Assembly (NCBI RefSeq): GCF_963676685.1
Contig: NC_092345.1
Span: 82,460,001 to 82,524,000, forward strand
Direction of reading: 5' to 3'
Origin: Mytilus edulis
Lineage: Eukaryota
DNA: 64,000 nt
The number at the start of each line of letters is the position of its first letter. The first letter of the stretch is position 1. The notes under the pieces were generated by a model. The model worked only from the letters and a program-made list of their open reading frames with translations, made no database searches and had not been told where the DNA came from. This document shows positions 1-11,588 of this stretch, piece after piece. A program made the translations under genes and the position numbers.

Positions 1-465
1 CTTGATAGAGGTTTACTGCTCACAAGGAAGCTATTAAATCAAGAGTTCCAAATGGTGAAGTTGAAATCATCCCTTCGTAAATTTTACGGACGCCATCACG
101 AGTTGGTTGACCGTTATGGAATAACCATTTCACAAATGATATCGGATATGTTCCTCACGTCGTAACTACAATCCCCTTCCCTTTCATGAATTTGACCTAC
201 CGAATTAGACTATTTACCGGATTTGTAATCACATAAGCAACACGACGGGTGCCGCATGTGGAGCAGGATCTGCTTACCCTTCCGGAGCACCTGAGATCAC
301 CCCTAGTTTTTGGTGGGGTTCGTGTTGTTTATTTCTTTAGTTTTCTATGTTGTGTCATGTGTACTATTGTTTTTCTGTTTGTCTTTTTCATTTTTAGCCA
401 TGGCGTTGTCAGTTTGTTTTAGATTTATGAGTTTGACTGTCCCTTTGGTATCTTTCGTCCCTCTT
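1..465 (+). mobile_element. 3' end of a Penelope-like retroelement (RT C-terminus plus 3' tail)
   Basis: Frame 1 reads LDRGLLLTRKLLNQEFQMVKLKSSLRKFYGRHHELVDRY, resembling a Penelope-like RT C-terminus. The tail recurs reverse-complemented at about 63480-63745. It is absent at the equivalent position of units 2 and 3. Confidence 0.6.
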
Positions 466-674
466 TTAAGTGATCGTACTTTTGTCGCAAAGACTCATCC
501 TGAGAAAAAATCAATTATAAAGCGGATCGAATCCCAGTTGTATATCTAGTATTCTTTATTTCAGTTTTAATTGGATATGAGATGATCATTATAGGTTTCC
601 AAACGAGTGTCGATTAAATATTATTACTAGGGATGTCAACTCGTTGAAGATTTACTAATCGATTACTCGTTCAT

Positions 675-1150
675 AACACTGCAGGACGTCAAACAAGCAG
701 CATATAAAAGTACAGGAAATAAATGGCAGAGAAGATAGGAAATATCTGAGAGAGGCAGGGACCTTTATGAAAAAATACCAACTACAAAACACCCAATTAT
801 GTATGATTTCCCAACTAAAAGACATTACAGTATATTCGCCCAACTAAGAACTGGCCATACAGAACTAAACTACTACATAAACCGAGTAGGCCAAACCAAC
901 GCCATAGAGTCATGCAACTGTGGAGCACCTGAAACGCCTCTCCATTTCCTTTTGGAGTATCCCTGCTTTGAGAACGAACGAGAAGATATATAACATCAAA
1001 TATCCAAAGAGGTCGGGTCAAAAACCTGAATTTAGCTACTATGCTAACGAGACTGGACGACGAGAACACAGAAGAGACAAAAGCCAAACTACAAACACTG
1101 GCACATTACATTGACAGAACAGGCAGATTTAATACTGCTGTTCCTCAATC
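675..1150 (+). pseudogene. Degenerate C-terminal fragment of a non-LTR retrotransposon ORF2 (CCHC-like region)
   Basis: AQLRTGHTELNYY...CNCGAPETPLHFLL resembles the LINE ORF2 C-terminal zinc-knuckle region. Copies at about 17480-17950 and 45395-45810. Confidence 0.6.
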
Positions 1151-1635
1151 CCAATCCTAACCAGCGCATACCATTTTCTAATCACAGAGAAGAAAATACG
1201 TCGAGGAAAACGCACCATTGGGACAATTCGTGCCAACAGGCCTTAAGGTTGAGGATTGAGGATCGTTTGATTTACCTAGCGATACTCTATACACGGTGCA
1301 ACAAAATTGTTTTTGTCTGTGACTTTTTGTCCGTGACTTCTTGTCCTACTTTCATATAACCCTAACCCTAAATAATCAACTTACTTACTTATAGCATGTG
1401 TAAAATATTTATGTAAGTTTACAACATTGTTTTAGCATTGTATTTGATCATCGTTAGTATTTTTAATGTTTTGTCATTTGGTCTACATCTTACTGGTCTG
1501 AACACTTTGTTTCGACAGGAGCGGATGTGGCAGGTATCAGGTATTGCTTGATCATACGATGTGTGGATAGAGGAGGGAATGTGTTCCTATTAACTTGTCA
1601 ATACATTAAGGGGTATTTTGACAACTCAGAAATGA

Positions 1636-3352
1636 AGCCATTCGACACAGTTTGGAGAAACGGCCTATGGTTTAAGATGGCATTGAATCACATTGATGGA
1701 AAAATGCATACAGTAATACATAGTATGTACAACAATATAAAATCACGAGTTATATATAATGATAAAAAATCTGATTTTTTCCCATGTAACACTGGAGTTA
1801 GACAAGAGGAAAATCTTTCCCCTCTATTATTCTCTTTATATATCAATGACCTCACTGATTTTTTGCTATCACATAATGTGAAAGGTTTGTCATCAATATC
1901 GAACTCTCTTGAAACTAACCTCAATATCTATTTAAAGCTGTTCATTTTATTATATACCGATGATACTGTTGTAATGTCAGAAACAAAGGAAGACCTTCAA
2001 ATGCAATTAAATTGCTTCAGTGAATATTGTGATACTTGGAAACTTAAAGTAAATACATCTAAGACTAAAGTTTTAATTTTCTCTAAAGGAAGACAGCCTA
2101 ATAATATTAATTTCATTAATGAAGAAAATGAAATTGAAATAGTGAAAGAATTTAACTACATTGGACTATTGTTAACCAGATCTTATCCTCAATAAAGCAA
2201 AGAAAAGACTATCAGAAAAAGCAGCAAAAGCTATGTACAACGTTATTCAAAAAAAGGGAAGCAGTGTAATTTATCAATTGAATGCCAATTAGAGTTATTA
2301 AAAAACTGGTGAAACCAATTCTTTTATACGGATGTGAAGTATGGGGATATGGAAAAAATGACATTATTGAACAAGTTCACCTCAAATTTTTAAAGCATTT
2401 ACTACACCTCAAGAGATCTACCCCAAGCTTGATTGTGTACGGTGAAACTGGACGATACCCATCGAAAATAAGCATTAAATGTCGAATGATATCATATTGG
2501 TGCAGGCTGCTTATAGATAAAAATAAGTTATCATCAATCTTGTATAAATTTGTATATTTCCGATATCACACAAACAATGATGATATTTTATGGATAAAGA
2601 ACATTAAAAATATATTGGACAATGCCGGATTTTTTAAACTAATTTTATGTGCAAAATACAGACCTCGCCAAATGGTTACCAAATAGTATCAAACTAAGAT
2701 TAATTGACCAGTTAAAACAAATTTGGAATTCAGCTATTCAGAACACATCAAAATGCATTACTTATAGGCTCTTTAAGGAAAAGTTTGAATTTGAGAATTA
2801 TTTCAACATCATAAACGATCGAGATATATATACAATTGTAAATTCCGAACATCAAATCATTCACTGCCAATAGAAAAGGGGAGATGGCATAACATTGACA
2901 GAAGTGATAAAAAATGTCCAATATGTACGAAAAGAGATATCGGAGACGAATATAACTATATTTTTGTTTGCCCGGATTTACAAGATGAAAGAAGAAGATT
3001 TATTCCAAATGAACTAATACTCAGACACAACATTATCAAATTTAACACACTGTTTAATTCAAAACAACCAAAGACACTAAGAGACATCTGCAATTTTATA
3101 CGATGTATTAATACTAAGCTTACTCCTTCTTTTAAAACAACCATAATTTATTTATCATACTTATACACAAAAAGTATTTCTTTATACAATTTTAGCTATT
3201 ACATTTGACTGTATAAGTATATATATATTCTTTTATATGTTATTTGATCCGAAATTTTATGCATTTTTATTTTTGTTATTATGTATATTATTTTTTTTAA
3301 CTTCTCTGTAACCTTTGTACTTACATGGTTGTATGAGAATAAACTATCTATC
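1636..3352 (+). mobile_element. 5'-truncated LINE (RTE-X-like) RT pseudogene, copy 1
   Basis: Motifs GVRQ(E)ENLSPLLF, LY(T)DDTV, KPILLYGCEVWG, VYGETGRYP and a C-terminal CxxC. Several frameshifts. AT-rich tail ending (CTAT)n. Confidence 0.85.
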
Positions 3353-5262
3353 TATTAAACATAATATTATATAGGAATAAATTAAAAATTTGTCCCTGTT
3401 TTTTATCACTTTATAATTATCCAAAAGTATGCTTGTCATTAGATTGAAAATAATTTTAGTACAACAAATGTATAATGTGTAATTATTTCCAATATTTTGC
3501 TAACGAGATAATCATGATAATATACATGTAATAATGACATTGTCCCTAGGCTGTTTTATTACACATTTAGTCTGATTAATTGCCATTTGTCTTTAGAGCT
3601 GATAATTTTTATTTCTATAATCCTTTTGTGTTTACTTACTTGACAAAATGATTGTGTGCAGTGATTTAAAATTCTAAATGAACTGTCTTAGAAAGATTTA
3701 CACATTTTTTTAACCATACATACATGTATTGATGGTATTTACAAACATGTTATCACTCTATGTAGATAAAGATATTTCTTAAAAACTAAACAACACCAAT
3801 ATGTGATTCAATTTTTTTTAAAGTTAAAAGACTATTTATCAAACATTTCTGTGTGTCAAATAAATAATATGTATATCAATAACACAATTTCTTATCATTT
3901 ACATCATAAAAGTACATGTAATTGAAACGTAATTGAAAAGTTATTTAGCATTACATGCATTTTTCATTGTAATTAATTAAATTTCCTACATGTAATTACA
4001 AAAATGCTCAATTACACATTACATTCAATTACATGGAAAATTACAATGCATTACACTTAATAACCTTTACATTTTCAATTACCTCATTCCTGTGTGGGAG
4101 GGACTTAGATAAGCTAAAAGTGTAAGCCTTGGAAAAAAAATGCTCGTGTTCATATATCCTACACGTTTTTCTGTTTGGAGAAATTTTGAATGACAGTTAA
4201 ACGCAAACATTCGAATTGTATTTTATTTATTTTTTCATTTTGATTAATATATAATTTCCAGGAAAGCGCTCTCAATAAAACTATTTTTTGTTTAAACAAC
4301 AACATTATAACAGGAAAACAATTAGTCGAGTATCATTTTGATAATCGATACTCGGTACTACCGAGCGATACTCGAGTACTCGTTGACACCCCTAATTATT
4401 ACTACTTTAATTAAATAACGAAATTTGATATCAATCAATATCCAATTCGCATAAGTTGTTATACCTATATCTCTTATGTTTGTCTTTTTTTAGCCATGGC
4501 GTTGTCAGTTTATAATCGATCTATGAGTTTGACTGTCCCTCTAGTATCTTTTGTCCCTATTTTATGTCAACACTCTCATTCCGCGAATCGTTGCACTAGT
4601 CTTTTGAACATTTTAGTATGACGTCATATGTACTTTTCCGTTGTCAAAACAAACATTTTCAGACTTTTTGTGTGCTTCAAAATGTAATAAAATTTCACAT
4701 CATGAATATTGTCCGGTGAAAAGTGTGAGTGTTTTGTATATTATTGAATATGTCCGTTGCCATGGACAAAATGTACATCGTCGTAAATTTTAAAAGGCAT
4801 CAATGGCATAACGAATAGCCAATTGAAATGTTGTAATAACGTCTTATGATACTTGATAAACCAATCAGATTAACGCAAATTACCGTATCAATTTTTCGTA
4901 ACACACTTCGTGCGGTGTGATACGAGAAATATCTATTCATGCAAGACATAGATAACAGGCCAGATAATGCTCACGTTAATAATTTTATACACAATAATCA
5001 ATAAAGTATAACATATTTTTTGGGGGGTATTACAAAAAAACATCACAAACCTTTTTCTTCGCGACAATTGACGCTCGAAGAAGATAAACAACAATGAAAA
5101 ACAAAGTCCTTTTAGCCCGACTTGGAAAAGACACAACATTTGATGGGGTTACACAAGCATGATTGTCGTGCGCACATGCCTCTTCTGTTGGCTACCTTAA
5201 CCATTTGCTGCCTTATTCGAATAAACAAAATTAGGTGAAAAGACGAAAACAGCTGTGAATGA

Positions 5263-6525
5263 TTATGAAGTTCCCTGTACTACATCAATGATAAACATTA
5301 AATTGGAACCAATAAACATCATCATATAAGATATAAGAGAAATGTAATCAAATGTTTTCGAGACATCTTGCCACGTAACTTCCTTTTCATTTCTATGCGA
5401 ATCGTCAACCTTCTCTTTCCTAAATAAAGCTTCATCTTTATCTTTATGTCTGCCAGCCCCAGTACTTTGGCCATCATGAACTCTGTTTTTAGCTCGACAA
5501 CAAAGCTGGAATGCAACAATTTTCTTCATCCAATTCGGAATTGGCTCATCCTCTGATTTGAAATAAAATCTAGAGCTCACGATGACGGATCCTACAATTA
5601 AACCACTCATCATGAAATCAATCATGAGAAATATACAAATCGAAGAAAGTCTTGGTAAAGCGGTGGCCGGAAGAAGCGCTTGTGCGATCGTTAGATATAA
5701 TACAACAGCTAATAAAAGAGTTACTGCAAATCCAATCCTTTCTCCAGAGTCGGTCGGCAGGAGGAAGACACCAATGTTCAAAAGAACAAGAAAAACACAC
5801 GGAAGTATTAAAGTCATTGTTAAGAACAGTGGACGTCTCTTGAAGTAGAAGGTAAAACTTGCATTTGGTGTTCCTGTGTTATCTACTGTAACATATGTAT
5901 TACTTAGTTCCCATTCACTATTTATAGAATATAAAGATGTCTGAATCGTTGAATTAAGAGAGTCAAAAGTAATGTCTTGAGCAGCATGTCCCCATGTTAC
6001 TATAAGCAAAGTACATTGTTGAGTATCAAAAGGAAAGTACGTTATATCGAAGCTGCAAGTGAACTTCAAATTTTGTCCCGGAAGCCATGTAATTTGTCCG
6101 TTATAACGTACATACAAGGATAATTCATCCATACCAAACATTGCCATTTCTTGTGCACTATTTGAATTTATCAGGGGAGGTTTCCAAATAACATTTTCAG
6201 GTAAAACAATATACTCTGCATTACCGTGATCGGCAGGGGTCCATGCCATATTATTATCTGTCCATTGAATGTTAAAATAACCAGTTATAGAAACTGTTCC
6301 ATCTACTTCATTAATATCCTGCAAATTCAGTAAATGAAAGTCTATAGATATTACTGTAGAACTGCTTAAATCTACCTCAGGTCTTAAGTGCTTGTTATGT
6401 CCGGAGGTAAGTGTTGTGTACAAAGAATCCATATCCACAAAAGATGTTGCATCGGTGAGGGAAAGAAAACATACACATAGAATTACAAATTTACAACTTG
6501 CTTTTCGGTTATTACTGAACTTCAT
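5263..6525 (-). CDS. Single-ORF nAChR-like Cys-loop channel subunit, type A copy 1 (420 aa)
   Basis: Signal peptide, LRP, WxD..W, WKPP, Cys-loop CSFDITYFPFDTQQC, EW, RRP, M1 to SGER to M2, and four TM segments. No YxCC. Confidence 0.95.
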   Translation of the reverse strand: MKFSNNRKASCKFVILCVCFLSLTDATSFVDMDSLYTTLTSGHNKHLRPEVDLSSSTVISIDFHLLNLQDINEVDGTVSITGYFNIQWTDNNMAWTPADHGNAEYIVLPENVIWKPPLINSNSAQEMAMFGMDELSLYVRYNGQITWLPGQNLKFTCSFDITYFPFDTQQCTLLIVTWGHAAQDITFDSLNSTIQTSLYSINSEWELSNTYVTVDNTGTPNASFTFYFKRRPLFLTMTLILPCVFLVLLNIGVFLLPTDSGERIGFAVTLLLAVVLYLTIAQALLPATALPRLSSICIFLMIDFMMSGLIVGSVIVSSRFYFKSEDEPIPNWMKKIVAFQLCCRAKNRVHDGQSTGAGRHKDKDEALFRKEKVDDSHRNEKEVTWQDVSKTFDYISLISYMMMFIGSNLMFIIDVVQGTS

Positions 6526-7329
6526 TGTATATCAATTGATATTTATTATAATTGCACTTCCAATGCTACCTTCAACTTTTAAAAGTTGAACTAAGTATTT
6601 CTTTCGCAATAGTAGTTAACGTTGATAATAATTTAAAAGAACACAAGTGTATAATGTATTTAATTAAGTTAATGACCCTCGTGTTTACGTAGCATTAAAC
6701 AATAGATAGCAAAATCTATTTGAACTTAATGGACCTTTTAAATAAATTGTGAGCGACAACTTATGTGATATTTGATAGAGTCATTTGTCATATAGACAAC
6801 GTCATTTGATCGTCAAATGTTTGGTTTGAAATTTGTAAAATAAATAATAATCTGAATAGCAGTAACTATCATACAATAAAACAAAGTAAATCATTTAAAT
6901 TTTTCGTGGAGCAAGTAATATATTGATAATTCACTCTCCTTTTTTTTTAACAGCAGGACGATAAGCAAACAATCATCAATCAATTAATATTTATCTTTTA
7001 AAACAATTACTAAGAAATGTTGACAAGAAACGAAACTGTTCAATAAATCATTTTTGATCTTTGTACTCGGGAAACGCACAAATTAATTGAGTAAAGTTTG
7101 AAAAATTCGGTGCTGAGAAGTATGCTTTTGTCCTTATAAATTACGTTAGATTAAACTGAATAACGTCTCTTCATTGAAACTATTTGGACATTCAAAACCT
7201 AATACAAACGTTTCTTAGAATTGATATTACCAAACGGACCTCAAGTATAACCAAACTCAGACAAAAAAATCAAAGACCTGCATTTAAAAAAAAAAAAAAG
7301 TAAAACCACAAAATACTAAACTTCTAGAA

Positions 7330-7700
7330 AATTTCAAAACGAAAAATACCCTAAACAACACGAATAGACAACAACTTTCGTATTCCTGACTTGGTACTGG
7401 CATTTTCTTATGTAAAAAATGGTGGATAAAACCTGGTTTAATAGCTTAGCTAGCTTAACCTCTCATTTTTATGACAGTCGCATAATGATCCATTATATTG
7501 ATAACGATGTGTGAACAAAAACACAATAGGTAAAAATGTTAAAAATAGGGGTACAGCAGTCAACATTGACTGTGCTATTATCTTAACCACTATAAAAAAA
7601 AACAAATATGTTAGCACAAATTTATCATGACGGGATGTACAAGTACAGAGCCACGTCATTTGTAACAAAGAAACACAAAAAGGCATATAGACAAACAATT
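7330..7700. repeat. Interspersed SINE-like repeat (core ATTCCTGACTTGGTAC)
   Basis: Related copies at about 8620-8950, 16950-17250, 27580-27950, 44880-45170, 55020-55460 and (reverse) 60200-60320. Confidence 0.55.
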
Positions 7701-9323
7701 TCCTTCGTTTTTCAATGCATATTTCACAAAAATAAATCGTATTTTCTGGTAAATATCGAAGTACTGAACTACTGGGCCGAGGATACATTCGAAGACTTAC
7801 AGTTCACCAGTGGGGGTATTTGCCCAGTAATGATTATACTAAACGATGCCAATTTAACTCGACCAGATAGGCATTTCGAAAAATAGTGTTTCTTCACAGA
7901 GGCTTAAGTCCAAGATTACAAATAAACAATCAATGTATGTCAATCTCATTTATACTGATCAAAATAAATTTGAATTGAAAATTAAATACAGGAGTTACAA
8001 TTAATAGTTTAAAGGGTTATTTAAAGTACACTTCGGGTTTTAAATATTTCATATCTGTTGACTTTTGTTAAGGTAGCTCAATATCCGTGCAAATATTACA
8101 TTAATATTTAGAATACGGTTTGACTAGTTATACAGTTGCTAATTGAGAGAGGTTTTACCGGAAGGATATTTTGACTGCCATTAAAAATTTGGACAGAAAT
8201 TTTCATTCTTCTTCATTGCTTTCAATCTAAGAAAATAAACACATGAAGAATGAAGACTTTCAAAAATCAATTACCTCAAATTCCCCCTTATAAAGCACTC
8301 ACTTTATAAAGAAAGATATTCAATGATGAGACTCCAGACATAGGACAGACACAGGCACTTTAACATTAATTCCATAACAACAAAGTAGCAAAGAAAAAAA
8401 TACAAAAATATCAGATTGAAAAAAAATTATGATATAGGTGGTATATCAACAAAATCTCAGGTGCAGGTATAACACTAAATAATTCTGTTTTAAGGAGTAA
8501 TCTCGGTTATTCATATAATTGTGTGCCGTACCATGGTCATTTTCGGAATATATCACATACACCAACATCACGAATACTACAGGAAAACACGTTATTGGGA
8601 AATGCCAAAATGACAAATAAAGGCAACAGTAGTATACCGCTGTTCGAAATTCATAAATCGATTGAGAAAAAAGCCGGATTATAATCTAAAACTGAGGGAA
8701 ACACATCAAATATAAGAGACCTACGACACAACAGAAACACGACATTAAAATGGAACACACACAGAAACGAACTATAATATAAAAATGGCCATTTTCCTGA
8801 CTTGGTACAGGACTTCAATAAAGCAAAATGGTGGGTTGGACCTGGTTTTGTGGCATGCCAAACCCCCCACTTTTATGGCAATGTCGAATATAACATTACA
8901 ATGAAAACATTACATGATAGGACTATACACTACAAATAAATGGGAAAACAAACGTTTTACTATCTCGACTGTTACCAATGCTATATGATTTAGAGTCTTA
9001 GAATATGATATGACATGTAAATGATTGGATATATAAACAAGTAAACATTGTTTATCAATCTTCGTTTACTTTTCATTGATAAAAATCGTGTCTCCATATT
9101 GAATTAATTCAAATATTCTTTTATTCACTTTTGATATACTTTTCCATCATTACTCATTAGCTAATACAAAAAGACTATAAGAAAGAATTGTGTACAGCTA
9201 TTCAACTAACATCTACTATTGTCAATCTAACATTATTTCCGGTTTCGTCAAGACTCTTGTGGCTACATTTATGCTGGATACATACATAATAGACGATACG
9301 TATCGTGTGAGCCACCTGGTCAT

Positions 9324-9741
9324 GATTCGGGCGTCACTGATGAGTCTTTTGTAGACGAAACGCGCGTCTGGCGTAAATTTAAAAAATCAATCCTGGTATC
9401 TATGATGAGTTTATTTACAACCACTGGGTCGATGCCAATGCTGGTGATTTATTTCCCCGAGGGTATCACCAGACCAGTAGTCAAATCACTTCTGTGCTGA
9501 CATGAGTTATCATTGATATGTTTATAATCATAAATTAGCTGTTACCAAAACTTTGAATTTTTGAAATACTAAGGCTTTCTACCTCAGGAATAGATTACCT
9601 TAGCTGTATTTGGCAAATCTTTTAGGAATTTTTGGTCCTAAATTCTCTTCAACTTCGTCTTTAATTGGGTTTTTAACATTTTTTGATCGAGCGTCTGTCG
9701 CAAATAAAAAATTTCAATCCTGGTATTTATGATGAGTTTAT
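9324..9741 (+). mobile_element. Retrozyme-like repeat (about 360-nt monomer between hammerhead-bearing direct repeats), unit 1
   Basis: Direct repeats GCGTC...AATCCTGGTAT(C/T)TATGATGAGTTTATT at both ends. The 5' copy has an intact hammerhead; the 3' copy has lost the 33-nt core. Confidence 0.8.
9331..9374 (+). ncRNA. Minimal type I hammerhead ribozyme
   Basis: Stem I GCGTCA/TGGCGT, core CTGATGA, stem II GTCT-tttgt-AGAC, GAAA, palindromic stem III ACGCGCGT, GUC cleavage site after 9368. Confidence 0.88.
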
Positions 9742-10390
9742 TTTATACATATCTAGTTCGAATTCACTCCACGTCTGTGTGTTATTTATTATGTGTATCA
9801 AGTATAATGGACTGCCAATGATACAACTATCTACCGAACTTCAAATGAAGTGGATGTGTCTTCATGAATGAGAAAAACACATATCGAATAGTCGGCTTTA
9901 AAAGGCCTGACATAACAAATATGAAACAATTTAATTGAGTAAACCAACGGCCTAATTTATAACAAATTAATTACCAAAATATACTTAACAACTTAAGTAA
10001 CACACCACCTTCATCAATTTCTTTGCAGTACAAATGAATTTTTTAAATTATTATATATGGTCAAATGTGGTATGTAAATGTATTACTGAAAATACGCCTA
10101 TTAAAACGTTTAAACCCGCTTTATTTGTATGCACCTATCGTTAGTTAGGAACCTGATGTTCAGTGGTAGTCGTTTGTTGATGTGTTTTATAAGTGTTTCT
10201 GGTTTGTTGTTTTTGCATAGATTACCCCGTTGGTTTTCGTATTTGATTGGTTTTTTTTTTCGGGATGGGGGATTGATAGCTTGTGTTTGGTCTAAGATAA
10301 GGCTTCGTGTGTAAGGCCGTACTTTGACCTATAATGGTTTACTTTTAATGGACTTGAATGGAGAGTTGTTTCATTGGCACTACATCTTCT

Positions 10391-11588
10391 ATTATTATAC
10401 CTTACATATATTTCAAACAATTCTATTGGGTGATACGTTATCACGTGACATGGAATAATTCAGTTAATTAAGGAATAACAGTACTATAGTTGAAGAGTTG
10501 CCACCGTCAATTGTAGATTTGACGGTCGAAAATGCAGTTTTACTGGCGACGCGTAGCGGAGACCGTCAAACGGAGATTTGCGACCGTCAAATCAAAATTG
10601 ACGGTGGCAACTCTTCAACTACAGTACTGTTATTCCGATTCTGTTGCATTACAAAAAGAAAAAATACGATAAAACTTGATAAGTTGTCTAAATTTGACAA
10701 ATAGAAAAAAAATCCGCGAAACGTCATGAAAGCTTTTGGCACAAAGACGTCATGGCTAAACGTGACGTCATACAAATGAAAAATTACAAACTGGAGGTTA
10801 TTACGTTACCTGTACGCTTCAAATTCGGATAAAATTACATTAAAACGGCGAATTCGAGGTAGGTGTCGTTTTATTTTCGATTATATAGTAGTAATCGAAC
10901 ATTTGTTGATTCAACCAATTCAAAATGGCGGGTCCCTTCTTAGTTACGCCTGGTCAACTGTGGATTTGACGACAACTTTTAGCCAATGAAAAAAAATATT
11001 ACATCCAAATTGCATTCGAAATTTCTTTCAATTGCAAGGAAGGACGAATAACCCTAAACATTTACACTAGCGTTGAATAACCCTATTATTAACCGGGGAA
11101 TAACCTTTTGAGTTTGTTGATTTGTACTTGAGTTACATGAAAATGACGTAACAGACGTAAATAAACAAAATGGCAGCATTCACGCTACACTGGAAGCCCA
11201 TCGAGAGACGACGAAATAAGGCATTGGACAGGAATAGAGCTGAGAGTGCCAGAAGCAGATGATATCTCTTATAAACGGTCCTTTTCGGGGCCATCAATAT
11301 TTTACGAAAAGATTCTACTTTTGTTGTAATTTCAAGAAATGCGAACACAAATGTATTTTCAAATGTCAGTCTGTGTGTTATGTTAAAAATATAGACTAGT
11401 TAGTGTTCGAAATGCCCTTCCACTGTTAATTCGGTATAATAAAACAATTGTTGCCCCTTAGAATGGATGAATATCCAAAATTGTCAACCCTTAAAAGTTA
11501 TTTCACTTCGGGCTGCGCCCTCAATGAAATAACCTTCTCGTGTTGCCAATTTTGGATATTCACCTTTTCAACAGTCCATAATTGTATA
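10391..11588. mobile_element. Insertion with two long internal hairpins (possibly nested non-autonomous Crypton-like elements)
   Basis: Absent from unit 3 (empty site at about 59078). Hairpins at about 10472-10636 and 11443-11585. Copy at about 30639-31836. Superfamily call is tentative. Confidence 0.6.

Larger units (their letters stand above)
628..4394. mobile_element. Non-autonomous hAT-like element carrying nested LINE fragments (copy 1)
   Basis: TIRs TAGGGATGTCAAC / GTTGACACCCCTA (12/13 match) and a perfect 8-bp TSD ATTATTAC at 620-627 and 4395-4402. Confidence 0.85.

Noticed and set aside
1357-1370. TAACCCTAACCCTA telomere-like motif
   Set aside because: Only about two units, internal to a repeat; not an interstitial telomere array.
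5263-6525. Assigning a CHRNA/CHRNB orthologue symbol
   Set aside because: Lineage-specific divergent subunits; orthology cannot be determined without a phylogeny.
5322-6589. Short ORFs overlapping the receptor genes (also at the other copies)
   Set aside because: Antisense or alternate-frame shadows of the real CDS; they recur only because the DNA is duplicated.
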